Notes: a model not told the origin generated them from the sequence alone. A stretch of DNA of 63,870 nucleotides, filler included, from Cercozoa sp. M6MM (GCA_040357565.1; 14 parts of 14 records of this genome joined end to end with filler, not necessarily neighbours in it), one strand, 5' to 3'; counted from the first letter of the whole stretch, positions 35,162 through 50,819 are shown. Made by a program: numbers and translations.

Positions 35162-38100
35162 CACGTGCAATGCATGCAGCGACACGAGCGTCCGAAGTCG
35201 CGTTTCAAACTGCGGCGATTCGAATCGAGCCACCTTGGCAGCGTGCGCAGACTCGAAAATCGGTGCATTGGCGTCCGCGCGGATGTTCAGCCTCCGCGCG
35301 GACGCTGGTGGAGCCACAGTGCGAAACGCTGGTGCCAGCGACAGCACGAGTCGGCGAAACGCGGCGCACACTTTTTCGTTCGGCGCGTCGTTTTCGTCTT
35401 TTCGCTGGCGCTTCGGCACTGCGGTTAAGCGGGTTAAGGAAGGGTTAAGGAGTATAGAAAGGGGTTAAGGGGGTATAAGAAGGGGTTAAGTGAAGTGGGT
35501 GGAAGGCGGTAGTACATCGGTGTCTGCGAGCATCCCAGGCTTCAACAAGTGTTCGAAAAGCGACACGCGAATCACACAGCAGTTCCAATGTGTCCCTCAA
35601 AATGTCGCATCTGGGAGTCGCTTCTTTCTCCTTCAGCACTGCTCGAGCGAGTCTTCCCTACACTACTGATATCCTTGTGCCCTTTGACATTACCTTCCTT
35701 TGGTACCACACGAACAGCGTCGACAGGAGCGAGCCAGTGCGAAGGTGCATGCTGCAGCAACTCTCGCTTTCGCTTGTGAGTCAGTGCACTCAGCGGCAGC
35801 AGTTGCAGACTCAAGTGCGGCTCTTTCTCTTCTGCAAACTGTTAAGACCACAGGTTACAAATAAGGAGGTCACACCAGTACTGGAGTCATGTCGCAAGCG
35901 CGTCCACCAGGACTTTCGCATTGTCGGCAGTGTCGCCGGAGCGTGCAACGACCCTCCACGCAATGGCAGCAGCACGCGCCGCTTCTTGCTCTCCAGTGTC
36001 GACACTGACACGTCCAGAACGCCATGTGCCAACATCACCTCGATTTCGACACTGCCGTTGTCATCGCGACTTGTGCCAAATCGACCACTCACACTGCTTC
36101 TACTCGACTTTAGAACCGTCGCTGCGGCATGCGCATCCACGCGGATGCGTGCACACACTTCCAACACGATCCTCGTTTCGTCCAACTCTGACTGGGGCAG
36201 TCGCACGAACAGACGTCTTTCGTCTGGTGCTCTAGTATCAAGAACGTAAGGGGGATATGATTGAGTGTATGGAGGGGGGGTTAACTACCGACCAGTGAGA
36301 TCAGTCCCAGTCGAAACAATGGCATCTGAGGCTACGTTAGGACCAACAACAGCATCGATGGAAGCTTTCACATCGTGTCGCTTCAGCAACGTTTTTCCTC
36401 CCTGTCCCAGATCAATCAGATTCGACTCGGCCGCTGCTACAGTCGGCCACGTGTCTGGTCGCTTCTGTGACCACTGGACTGGTACTGTAGCCACGTTGCT
36501 ACTGGCTACGACTGCTTCAGCCCGCATCACGCACACGCGAATGCATCGTGACACTACTGTTCCGTGTAACGTGTCCGACACCACTGGGATCCCTTCTGTC
36601 GAAGGGGGGGGGGTATTAATAATAGCAAAGAGACAGTAACTAACGAAGATACCTGCAGATTCCAACTCGAAACAAATCGTGTGCAAAGCTTCGTTTTCGT
36701 CACTTTCGACAGACACAGTTTTCATCGTTTCGGCCTGATTTTTCAAGGTGTTGTTTCGCGAGGAAAGTGACTCAGACAGAGCTGCAGACCACTCGTGAAT
36801 CGCTACAGGAGCAGCTGGTGTCGGAAGCAAGCGACGCGACATGGCAGCACTGCGATGCAGCTCGATCTTTCGCAACAGTGAGATTCGACTCGTTGGCGGC
36901 AGTTGCGTGAATACTGTTTGAACATTATACATCAGCTGAAGTGTATCTGTACAGAAGGTAAAGCACCAGCCAAGTAGGATCGCACAGTCGGAATCTGTGC
37001 ACGGAGCATCGATTTAAAGGCGCGCAGTGTCAGCGAATCCGAAAGTGCGCCCGAATGTGGCGAAGCGCGCGGCGAAGCTTTCGGCGAAGAAACGCTGCTG
37101 CGAACGGCGTTTCGAAGTGTTTCGGCGAATTCGAAAATGTCAACAACGCCGTTGCCGTCTGCATCGGCGACTTGAAGCAGCGCACTACGTTGTTTCACAC
37201 TGAGACGAGGACACACGCGTTGAACGGCGTGATTAAACTCACTGTGCGACAAGACGCCGTTTCCGTCCTCGTCAAGTGAGGCAAAAAGCTCCCTGAGCTG
37301 CGGCGCAGGCTTGCGCACGAATTGCACCAAATGTGAAGTGAGTAACTCGCGGTAGCACAGAGCAAATTCGACGAAATCGACGTCGCCGCTGCGATTGCGA
37401 TCGTGTTTCGCCACCGCGCGGCGAACGTCGTCGTCGCGAGCGTCCAATCCGAGTGCTCGCATCGCTGCGCCGAGTTGTGAGTTATCGATTGTGCCACTTC
37501 CATCACAATCATAAAACTGCAAGAAGAGATCAAACGCATCTTCGATCCAGACTCGTTCTTCGCTATCGAGATTGAGGATATCGATCTCACTTTCGGTCTC
37601 GGTCTCGCTTTCTTTGGATGAAGTCGACACTTCGAGTGACTTGGTTTCGCGCCAGCTTTCTGCGGTTTTTCGTTGTGGTTTTTCATCCACTGTGCGTAAC
37701 AGACTTCGTGTGCGTGCCAGTGAGTTCTTGAAGTCGCGCTCGGCTTTCAAACTGCCTTCAAGACTGGGACGTCGTGCCAGAAGCAGTTCGATTCGATTTC
37801 GACGGTCAATGAGATCGCCAGGAACTTCTTGTGCTTCGCTTTTGAGAGTGTCGACAGCTTGAACTTCTTTTTTTGTCTTCAGTGAACGTTTTTCTAGCTT
37901 CTTTAAGGGCAGCAACTTCAACTCACCCTTGGTTTCCCTTTCCTTTTTGGTTTCGTGTTGAGATTGTTCTTTTTTCAGTTCAGTTTCGCCTTTCGATTCT
38001 GCTGCAGTTGGACTTGAACGCAACTGATGTTTCCAAATTGCAGTTTCAACGGTGAGTTTCGCCGAAATGAGCGACCAGTCGACATCGCCTTCGCGAACAG

Positions 38101-38695
38101 TCACGTATTTGAGCAAGCGCAGATTGAGCTTTTCTATCGTTTCCTTGTTTGGAGGAAGTACGGCGGGATCGAGTGCTCCGATGCGTTTTTCGATCATACA
38201 TCGCACGTGTTCACTGACGCTGTCGTCAAAACGCACCAGTAGCGCCACAAAACGACGAAACTCGTCAAAGGAGAGAGTTTCGAGATCTTCGTCGCTGTGA
38301 TTGCAAAAAAATGGTCGTGAATTAGCGGGAAGACTCCCGGTTTTTTGGTACCTTTGTGAGAGGTTCATGATGTGACGAATGCATGCCGAATCATACGGGT
38401 ACCCCTGAGGAAATAAGGGCAACACTCCACTCAGCTTCGGGCAGTGCTCAATCCGAATTGTAAAAATGATACCAGTTCTTGCGCACATGCGATGGCTTCA
38501 TCGGGTTCTAGGACGCCGCTGCCGTCGATGTCAAAATGTGCGAAATTCTCGCGCAGCTACAAGCAAAAAAAGACTCAAAGCGAAATCAGTCAAAACATCG
38601 GCGTCTCCCAGTACCTGCCGTTCATCGACGGAGTTAAAGCTGTCTTGGGTCGTGCCAGTCAGGCTGCTGCTCTCAAGAGTAGCCACAGTGCTCAT
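35162..38695 (-). CDS. Multi-EF-hand protein with nephrocystin-1 (NPHP1)-like C-terminal domain
   Basis: EF loops DIDGSGVLE, DCDGSGTID, DRNRSGDVD, DEDGNGVLS and DADGNGVVD. The C-terminal VVSRCIRVCV..SNVATVPVQWSQKRPDTW, LPLRGGS and ILRDTLELL..FRTLVEAW resemble the NPHP1 C-terminus as recalled. Confidence 0.7.
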
Positions 38696-39812
38696 TGGGA
38701 GACGGAATGGCTGCTTAAGTTGGCGTTAGGGCAAATTGAGTCAGTTCAGGCTTGACACTGTCAGTTTTTCGGTTTGTGCCGAATCCGCGCGGAACACATT
38801 TTGAAGGGGTGAAAGAACTCAGTACAAATTTTACGAAGCCGAGCTTGGTGCATTTCTATTGTACGTGTGTGCGCTTGTGTTTGTGTGTGCGTGTGTCCAA
38901 TTGCACCAGGCATTAATTGTCTCAAATTAAGGGCTTTTTCTTGACAAACGCGACATGATAGGGTACCTCGAAGTATCGTACAGTTTAGAGAGTTTTTTGA
39001 CCGAGTTGAGACCCAATAAGATACTCAGACGTGTGCATACACGAAAGCGCTAGAGCAGATGGGCACGATGTGACTCACCCCGCTGGACGGGACGCACGGC
39101 TAGAGTCATCGCATCCGCCGCCGTCGCCGCCCTGCTGGAGTGCTACGCCGGCGCTTGGATGCCGACTCCCAGACAACGTCGTGCCAAAAATGTTACGCAG
39201 CCCTCCGAGATAGGGATCAGGCCTTGGTAAATTGAGAGTAAGTTACTTTGCCAGTAGATACAAAAAAACTAAGGAACGTAAGAAAGTCTGTTTTTGGGGG
39301 TAAATGTAGAGTGGCCAAGTGTCAGTTTGAAAGAGTGAGTTACCCCAACGATTCAGTTGGGCGGCAAAGCACTGGTGGACGGGGAAGTCACCCGTCAGAT
39401 GGTAAGAAGGGCCTCAAAGAAAAGAAGGGCCTGTGGGCTCGAGCGCTTCTTTGTACTTTTTCACGGGTGGCCGATTTCCAGCCGAGTCATGGCGACGGGG
39501 TTAATTCGGTGTCTCAGTTCGACCGGGTGCCAGTTCACGAGAGACCAAAGGCACGGCATCGGTGCCGTTGAGGAGATCGCTGTCGAGAATCGAGTTGATG
39601 AGTTTGTCGCCTTGCTCGCCCGAGATGACGATGTTGCGCGAAGCCAGCAGTTCGAGCACTTCGGATCGCGCCATAGCCAGACGGTGCTCTCTCACCGAGC
39701 GCAGCGCTTGCGAGCACTGCAGTGCATCAATCAATCCTGACCAAATGGACCGACCTGTACTCGTACATCAGCGGTGGTCTCGGTGTCACGCTCGCGTACC
39801 GTCTCGTTTAGA

Positions 39813-39843
<31 letters not shown>

Positions 39844-40004
39844 GTTTATTTATTTATTTATATTTGTTCATTTATACATGTATNNNNNNNNNNNNNNNNN
39901 NNNNNNNNNNNNNNNNNNNNNNNNNNNTTAATTAATTAANNNNNNNNNNNNNNNNNNNNNNNNNNNNNNNNNNNNNNNNNNNNCACACACACACACACAC
40001 ACAC

Positions 40005-41119
40005 CGGTGGACTGCTCAGCACGAGCGACACGGGTGGCACAGTGCTGTGAGAGACAGAGAGAGAGGGGGGACTCACAAAGCCGGCCGATCCCACGCACGT
40101 GTCGGTGAGGTTCGTGTCGCGTGCGCCCGAGGTGCTGCTGGTGGTGTCGGCACCGACGGCAGCGCCTGCAGACGCACTGGTGCCAGCGTGCACTTCGCAC
40201 AGAGTGCCCGTGTAGCCTGCCTTGCAGGCGCACTGCACGCCGGCACTGCCGACCGCCGAGCACGTGCCGTCCAGCACGCCATCTCGGTATGCGCACTGTG
40301 CACACGAGGGTACGGTACAGTGTACGGTACGGTGTACGGTGCGGTGCAGTACACGCATGATACTATAGTGTGCGACAGGCACTGCTGCACTGCACGCTGT
40401 CCATTGTGCGCAGTGTGCGCGAGCAAGCGAGAGCAAAGTACGTACGGGACATGTGATGCACTGACGGCCCGAGGCAAAGAACAGGTCGGCGCACCGGTCG
40501 CACGACGGGTACTCGTGTGCGCGGGCAGACACGCCAGTGGCTGTGTTGCACTGGCAGTACTGCTGCCGGGCACTGGCGCGCACCAGGTCCGCGATGCTGC
40601 AAGTAAAGCGGCCATGCCAGCCAGCCACAGGGAACACACTGAGTGCCGCCAGAAAGGCACAGGACACGGCGCAGCTACTCCGTGTAAATTACCTCGTGCT
40701 GTTGCTGTCGGTAAAGTTCGCGGCTGCGATGCGGTCACCTCGGCACACGTGCGTTCGCGTCGTGTCGCCCGTGTCTGCGACTGGCATCTCCGGTTGTCCA
40801 CTCCCGCCTACCGGCCCGAGCAGGAGACAGTCGTCGTCGGTGCCGCAGGCATCGAGCTGCGCGTTCGGAGAGTCTCGCTCTGTGGCACACGCCTGCGTGT
40901 AGGGCGCCCACACGAACCTGCCCTGCGACAAACCCACACGTGCGACGATGCGATAGCACAGTGCTCGGTTGACAGACCAAGGATGGCAGCTGTAGGTTTA
41001 CCCCACGGCACAGGAGATGCGCCTCGGCCTCGTGTTGCGAGCACAGCACAGTGAGCGCGTCGAAGGGGAACCTGGTCCGCAAGGGAGCCACCTGCACTCA
41101 ATGTGCGTCTGGGGCTCAC
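40005..41119 (-). CDS. Fragment of a Cys-rich extracellular protein with EGF/laminin-EGF-like repeats
   Basis: CQCN...CDRCADLFF and GTCS..CACKAGYTGTLCE. Confidence 0.7.
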
Positions 41120-41267
41120 CGAGAGAGAGAGAGTGCGTTGGTGTGTAAAGCTACAATGGAAGCGATGNNNNNNNNNNNNNNNNNNNNNNNNNNNNNNNNN
41201 NNNNNNNNNNNTTAATTAATTAANNNNNNNNNNNNNNNNNNNNNNNNNNNNNNNNNNNNNNNNNNNN

Positions 41268-43334
<2,067 letters not shown>

Positions 43335-43573
43335 TCTGACGTTTCAGTTAGTTTCTTGCAAGTAAACAGTATCGGCACACGTTGACACACACGCGTCTTG
43401 CTTTTAGTAAAGGGCTCAAGGGCACAGATGGATTTTTCACTCTTCTTGGCGCCAGCGTTTTTTCTGCAGTAGAGCGCAGACCTGCAGTCGGTTCTAGTAG
43501 CTAATTACGGCACAGCGTTGCTCGACTATCGAGCAGCTATACACGACGATCGGACAGCCCGGGCCGTCGCGAC

Positions 43574-46150
43574 TTACGTGATGAGGTTCGCCAGAATGGA
43601 AGACACGAGCGAGGGTCCGATCATGACCAAGAAGCCGATCACCACGAGCACGCAGACGAACATGCCAAGACGCGCAAAGATCTTGTCGCCCAGGATAGCT
43701 CGCAACATCTAAATAGCAATGTGCAAAATTAAACGTGATTGGACTTCAGTGAAAGAAAGCAAGAGGAGGAGGTATCGTACGGCGAAAGGATGCAGCAACG
43801 ACCAGGACACGCGACCTTCCGGCGGCGGTAGGAACGGGTTTGCGTTGGGCTGTCCGCGTGACAATAAAGGCAAAGTTTACACTACGTTAGATGAGTGAAG
43901 CTTACCTGACCGCGACCGAGTCCAGCAGGCAGCTGTTCTGCCACCTCGAGTGGCATCACTTCGAACGATACCTGCACACGGCCTTGGTTTCCTTCGAAGT
44001 TCGGGTGCGTCAGATTACTGCGGACACGAAATAAATTGAAGAGACTACACAGAAACATGTGTGTAAATTACTTGATCCAAATCTTGTCTTCGCCCTCATG
44101 TCGCAGCACTGCTCAACGAAAGAGAGCCGGGTAGGTCTAAAGGGTGCAAGGGTAAAACAACGCTACCGACACGGTCCTGCAGACGGTGTGCACGCCGGAA
44201 CAACGACGCCAACGAGAACGTCACCTCACAGATAGAGTCCTGTCCAAAGTTCACTCACTCGCCCTTTCTCACGTTGCCATCAAATGAAGGAAAAGTGCGA
44301 GTGTACGTTGGGTGAGAAGAAGTCGCGGTCCCATAGCTGCAGGCGGAAGCGCGGCGACTTCTTGAGTGGCAACTCCACCGGGACCTTCATGCGCCCTACT
44401 CTCGATATGCATGCTCACTAGACCAGCACTTGGTACAACAGGAACGTGGTACAGTTGAAGTTGCCCATGCCGCCCTGAGCACGCATGTGCGTGTCGGTTT
44501 GCCTGTTTCAAGATCCCCGTGTATGAAGTGATAATTTACACACAAACGAGCGAAGTGTACTGTCGTTTGAGTACGGGAGCGCCACGACCGAGTTCCAGTT
44601 GACTAAACACAGGAAACAATTGAACAAACAATACGGAGGCACACATATGAAACGTACCCTGTGACATAGAGATCGTTCATGTCGGTGATAGTGTCCTTGA
44701 TGGCGACATCCCTGGTCACGTACAGATATACCATAGGGGAACGCACCATATACATTGGATGTACTTGCAGCCCCAAATGATGACGCGCAATTCATAAGGT
44801 TGAGGTGGCGGTGGCTATCAACAGGAAGAGCAGTGAGAAGATACAAAACAAGGCAACTGTAAATTACGCTAATGTCGAGGATCGGCGAGCGTTTCGCTTC
44901 CTCTGCCGTCAAAATGTCAACCCAGAGGTCCTACAGTGTGTACTCTCTCTCGTTGAGCACACAGGAAATAGTTTAACTGTTACCAGTTTGCCCTGAGCGA
45001 AACTAGACGATGGTGCGTGCAGCGTGCGGCACTACAGGCATGATAGAAATCAAGGAAATACGAAGAAAGCAACTAAGTTCGACAGATACGATGATACCTC
45101 AAGCGGCTTCTTGTCGGCGAGGCGCCACTTGCGTGCAAACCAGCGATCCTCAACGTCGATCACAGTGCCACCGACGTAATCGTCGCCGATGCCGTCCCAG
45201 TCCCACACGTCCAAGTGCAGCTGCAGTCAACCCAATCGGTTTATACATAATATGCCACCTGCCTTGTCACGTAATCTTACCTTGGCATGGCCAGGCAACG
45301 AGGCCGGCAGCTCGAAACACTCGAAGAACTCCGGGTCGCAAGTGTTCTTCTTGTAGCTACACCCCAGTCAAAGACCAGTCATTCAATCAACGCACTGCTG
45401 AGACGTCAGTAAAGCATACCGGGAACGCGTGCTGATGGTGGTCTTACCCAGTCGAACCTATAACCCCGATCACTCTTACTTTCACCAATACATAAAGCCG
45501 CAGCAGGATAGAGATACGATACCTTGAGGTAAGGGTCGCAGCTACCGTCCCTGTCCTTTGGCGTTAATCGCTTGCCCTTGAGAACGTATCTGTTTGTGTG
45601 CCGCCGTAGATAACAAAATTACACAGCGTACGAAAGATGCACAAAAAGGTACACGCGCACAAAGACGTCCTGCGGACGCAACAGCTCGTCCTGCATCACG
45701 CAAAACATCATCCACGGAAATTTAAAGTTCATTTAAGATCAAAGAGCTTACCAAGTTGGCCGGCAGATCGCCTTCCTTCGGCTGCTTAGTGTCCGTGATA
45801 GCCACTGCAAAGATACTCTCAACACGCTTTGGGTCTAAAACACGTCAATCACTCAAGGGTCTTACCCAACGCCTTCAACGACGCGACTTGCTTGTGCTTG
45901 CTCTTCTTCTTCTGCACCAGATCGGCACTGATACAAGGCTACACATCTGCAGTTGCCGAAAGCACCTTCCTGGCCAGCTCGGCATCTGCTGACAGCGACT
46001 TGCTCTCACTGCAGAAAAAACAACAAACTGACACCGAGTGTCCTTAAAATCCATGAACTGGAGACACACCTGCCGCGGTAGAAGGGCACGTTGAGGAAGG
46101 GCGCGAGTTCCCACACGTCCTCGAGTTCGTCGTCGTAGGTGTCTCGTCCC
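43574..46150 (-). CDS. Ferlin-family multi-C2 tail-anchored protein, C-terminal part (5' truncated)
   Basis: VFVRV|YVLKGKRLTPKDRDGSCDPYLK, PEFFECFELPASLPG, DVWDWDGIGDDYVGGTVIDVEDRWF, GLGRG|QPNANPFLPPPEGR, and a C-terminal TM helix. Confidence 0.9.
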
Positions 46151-46303
46151 ACCTAACACCACACTCCGTTGCATTAATACCTACACAGACACAAAAAACA
46201 TACNNNNNNNNNNNNNNNNNNNNNNNNNNNNNNNNNNNNNNNNNNNNTTAATTAATTAANNNNNNNNNNNNNNNNNNNNNNNNNNNNNNNNNNNNNNNNN
46301 NNN

Positions 46304-47337
46304 CCCCCCCCCCCTATTCACGCTCCTGTTTCGGCCCTATGCTGCGCAAGTGCAGGCGGCGATAGAGGCGACGCAACCGCACTTTGTGAGGTGCTTGAAA
46401 CCGAACGAGCACAAGAGGGCCGGCGTGTTGGACGGCGCCTCGGTGCTGCGGCAGCTGCGACGGTCCGGCACGCTGTCGGTGGTGGCGCTGCGGCGCGCCG
46501 GCTTTGCGCACCGCGTTTCTCATGCGGCGTTTCTCCAGAAGTTTCGCTGTCTGGCCGACGCACGTGGCGTGGTGCGGCTTTACCCCCTATCCCTACCCCC
46601 CTACCCCTACTCCCTACCCTACCCCTGCTCCCTATCCCTACCCACCCCTACTCCTTACCCACCCCTACTCCCTACCCACCCCTACTCCCTACCCACCCCT
46701 ACTCCCTATTCCTACCCCACCCCACCCCTATCCCTATCCCTACCCCCCTACTCCCTACCCCCCTACTCCCTACCCCCCTACTCCCTACCCCCCTACTCCC
46801 TACCCCCCTACTCCCNNNNNNNNNNCCCCCCCCCCCTATTCACGCTCCTGTTTCGGCCCTATGCTGCGCAAGTGCAGGCGGCGATAGAGGCGACGCAACC
46901 GCACTTTGTGAGGTGCTTGAAACCGAACGAGCACAAGAGGGCCGGCGTGTTGGACGGCGCCTCGGTGCTGCGGCAGCTGCGACGGTCCGGCACGCTGTCG
47001 GTGGTGGCGCTGCGGCGCGCCGGCTTTGCGCACCGCGTTTCTCATGCGGCGTTTCTCCAGAAGTTTCGCTGTCTGGCCGACGCACGTGGCGTGGTGCGGC
47101 TTTACCCCCTATCCCTACCCCCCTACCCCTACTCCCTACCCTACCCCTGCTCCCTATCCCTACCCACCCCTACTCCTTACCCACCCCTACTCCCTACCCA
47201 CCCCTACTCCCTACCCACCCCTACTCCCTATTCCTACCCCACCCCACCCCTATCCCTATCCCTACCCCCCTACTCCCTACCCCCCTACTCCCTACCCCCC
47301 TACTCCCTACCCCCCTACTCCCTACCCCCCTACTCCC
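46304..47337. repeat. Exact tandem duplication (46304-46815 = 46826-47337) across a 10-N gap, probably an assembly artefact
   Basis: Two identical copies separated only by Ns. Confidence 0.85.
46340..46572 (+). CDS. Myosin motor domain exon (identical second copy at about 46862-47094)
   Basis: IEATQPHFVRCLKPN...VLRQLRRSGTL..RRAGFAHRVSHAAFLQKF. Confidence 0.9.
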
Positions 47338-47467
47338 NNNNNNNNNNNNNNNNNNNNNNNNNNNNNNNNNNNNNNNNNNNNTTAATTAATTAANNNNNNN
47401 NNNNNNNNNNNNNNNNNNNNNNNNNNNNNNNNNNNNNGGGGGGGGGTAAACTTACTGTACTAATAGG

Positions 47468-48342
47468 ATACGTGAGCGAGGAGGAACGAGCGACGCCGCA
47501 GGCTTTCTCGCACTTCACTTTCGAGGCCAGTGGACGGCAACTCTTGATCTGCGATGTGCAGGGCGTGAGCGACCTCTATGTAGGCACTTTACTTACCCCT
47601 ATCCTCCCTCTCTCTTTACTCTCCTTGCCTCCCTTTACCCCTCCCCGTAATTCGCAGACGGACCCGCAAATTCACAGTCGCGATGGGCGCGGTTTCGGCA
47701 AGGGCAACCTCGGAGAACGGTGTGCTTGTATTTAAGGAGATGTACGGGTGATATTTAAAGGGGTTGTTATGGGGAGCAATTAATTAGTTAAGGATGCGTG
47801 TAGAGGTTTTCGGAGGTTCCTGGCCACGCATCGATGCAACGCCATCTGCCGATATTTGCGGCTTCCGATTATTGGTACTTTTTTACCCCCTACCTACCCC
47901 TTAGCCGCCTTACCCCCCCCCCCCCTGCTCGGGTAGGAGGAGGTGTGGTGGACGTCGGAACAATGCCGTTGACGCGTTTCATGCCGCGGAAGGACGGCGT
48001 CTCCATCGCGCAGCATGACTTCACGCCGGTACCTCTGGCTGCGCTTTCTCTCTCTCTCTCTCTTTTCTCTCTGAAGGGTGTGTATGTGTTTGTTTTAAAA
48101 GGTGGCGCAACCACTGGCGCCGCTTACTGAGCTGAGCAACGACCGCTTCCTGCCAGAGACGGTATCAGCGATATAGACTACGCCCACAGGGGAAGAAACC
48201 CAATCCTTTTTGCATTTTACTGTGTTTCCGCACTGTCCAGGCGTGCGATAAACGGGATGACGAGCGACCAGACATGCACCTGTTGGGACACGACCCACCC
48301 GACCCGACGGCGCGCTGTCCCTACTGCTGTCTGATCCTCTAG
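47468..48342 (+). CDS. Alpha-kinase (eEF2K/MHCK family) C-terminal part ending in a CaaX box
   Basis: TPQAFSHFTFE, ICDVQGV, TDPQIH, FGKGNLG and HRCNAIC. The spliced tail ends RCPYCCLIL*. Confidence 0.9.
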
Positions 48343-48456
48343 TTGGCGTGTCGTGTTTTCGTTGATACAATTATTACCCGACCATACGGTACGCGTACTA
48401 GCTACTGCAGGCGATCATGCTTTACTCAGATGGACGTCAGCGGTAGAACACGTTGA

Positions 48457-48826
48457 TCACATCCGTCTTGACGCTGCCAGGCGCGCCGTTTCTTCCCGCA
48501 ACTAAACAACAGCACCACTCATCCCTCCTTCAAAATGAGATGAGAACATATCCTTCCTCGTATGGTACCTGTACGATCACGGCAGCCACCGCTTCGGCAC
48601 TCACTCCTACACAACCAGCACATACGCAATCCGCCCCTCACGGAAAGGTAACTCACCTTGGGCGCACAGAGCGCTCACAGCGGCGAGCTGCTCGCGGTTT
48701 AGTCCAGTGTCCAGCGCTTCGGACAACTGCAGCAGCACTGGGCAACCGTTCAACACGTGATATGAAAAAGCACACAAAATCAATCGCGATCAGCAACGTA
48801 CTTTCAAAAACTTGCTGGTTCGACAT
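48457..48826 (-). CDS. MZT1: MOZART1 (gamma-tubulin complex adaptor)
   Basis: Four exons give MSNQQVFEMLLQLSEALDTGLNREQLAAVSALCAQGVSAEAVAAVIVQLREETARLAASRRM*. Confidence 0.85.
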
Positions 48827-49065
48827 AGCAAAGCAAAATATCAACCGATCGCATCGCAGACACCTATCGAAACGGCAAAATCCACCATACTTTTTCTCGG
48901 CTCATCCACTCTTACAGTATCGGCTCAGTGTTTCTACTTGCTGTTATCCCGCCAAGGAAGGTGTGACACTCGTTGCTAGCACTGTACTTGCGACTGCACA
49001 CGCTTGGAGCACTCAGCGCGAGCCGAGACCTTTCTTGTATTTGTTTGGGCACGTCGTTGTTGTCA

Positions 49066-50819
49066 TGGCCGAGAAACGCAGTCGTCGCGACCGCCGCAGT
49101 CGCAGCCGCAGCCGCAGCAGACGTCGGGAGCGTTCGAGGCGCCATGGCTCGCGTTCTCGTTCCCGGTAAATACCTTGCTTTTGCTGTGAGCTTGTGGTTT
49201 GGTCAAACTGGATTGACTTGCCTTGCTCTGCTGTCTTTTGCGCTGCTGAGTCTGAATTGAGCGATGTTGCAGTTCGGTGAAGCGTCGCCGCACGTACCGT
49301 GATCGCAGCTCTCGGCGTGATCGCAGCTCTCACCGTGATCGCGATCGAGGCCGTCGTGAGTCGCGCCACGAGCGATCGCGCCCGGAGACTGCACGTCCGG
49401 AGACTGCGCGTCCCGTGACTGTGCGTTCGGAGGCTCCGCGTCCTGTCCCGCAACCCGCAGTACCCGTACACCTTTTTTGTATGTGTCACCACTGGTGTTT
49501 ATTCGTCCTGTCTCTCAGGCAGCGAAGCCTGTGAAGACTGACAAGGATGGCATCATTCGCTTCTCGGTGGCCACGGACGTCTCGCAAGTCGAGCAGGTCG
49601 TCGAGCAGGCCGTGAAGCAACACCGCGAGCAGCTGCAGGAAAAGCAGCAGCAGAAACATCACCACCGTCACTACCACCGTGCGTTGTCTCTATGTGCCTT
49701 CAACCTTTGTTTCAATAGTCACTGTGTTGTTGTGGGCACAGATGACCCGACGGCCGCCGTGGTGGAAGATGCTCGTCGCGAACACGAGGTTGCCAAGAAC
49801 GAAGCACGTGCGCGCAAGTTCGACTATGAGCGAGGTACTCCGTCACTGTGCTACTTCTGTTATACAGTACACCGTCCCATGTGCAGCACGACTGGAGCAA
49901 GAGGCAGCAGCGATTGACACGAAGAATCTCGCCCGTCGGCCGCGTCGCGGCATGCTCGACTTTGTGGAAGCTGGTACTTTATCTTTATCTTTATGTGTTT
50001 GCGCTGTGTTGTCGTATGTTAGTATCACACGTGCGCAGGCAGTGTCGTACGTCGTGCCGCGGCCTTCCGTCGTCGCAAGCAGCAGGAGATTGAGGCGTAG
50101 CTTCCCTTCCTGTCTGTGTGCTCATGCACTGATGTTGTGACTACCTTGTGTTGCTGCAGTGAGCGCGAGCGAGAAGAGGCCGAGAAGAGGGAGCTGCTGC
50201 AAGGTGATGCCGCTGAGGCAGCCAAGGAAGCCGCCGCGGCTGCTCGCATCGCCGATGCTGCTGGTGGGGCATACACTTGATGATACACTTGTTGGTAGGT
50301 GGGATGTGTATGTCTGTGTGCTTGCAGTGATGGAGGCCACGTCGTCCAAGACGATCCGTGTGCCACTCTTGACTGTACCTTTAATCTTAAGTTTTACCGG
50401 CGCAATGCGATAGGGTATGACCATGTGCGCAGAGTCGTCCCATCTACTTGCGACGCAAGGGCCAGCAGAAACTCGAGTCGCTCGATGGCGTTGATGTGCC
50501 TTTCGTTGAGTGGTACAGATCATGTCGCAGTTAGCTACCGTTGACACGAGTGTATCGCGTGTTGTGCACAATTAGGTGGGACCGCGACCTGCTGCCCAGT
50601 GATGTGGCCTCCAAGAGCGACTTTGCCATGTCGACGCCTGCTCTCTACACTGATGGTACACATGTGTGACTGAGTGCTCTAGTTGTTGAACTATGCGTAT
50701 GCGCGACAGAGAAGGCACCAGTCAACAAGGGTGTCTGCACGTCGCTCGTGCACCGTCCCGTGCCGCTGCAGGTGTCGCCATATGACGCGCGCGTTGTGTT
50801 CTCCACTTACATGACCAAG
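49066..50819 (+). CDS. PRP3: U4/U6 snRNP protein Prp3 with RS-rich N-terminus (3' truncated)
   Basis: RRPRRGMLDFVEAG, VPFVEW|WD and TSLVHRPVPL...TYMTK match the conserved Prp3 blocks. Confidence 0.75.

Noticed and set aside
39030-39810. Probable 3' exons of a minus-strand gene (likewise at 63543-63870)
   Set aside because: Too fragmentary to fix a frame or assign a product.
46304-47337. Tandem duplicated myosin exon as mutually exclusive exons
   Set aside because: The copies are identical including introns and are separated only by an N gap, so a scaffolding artefact is most likely.
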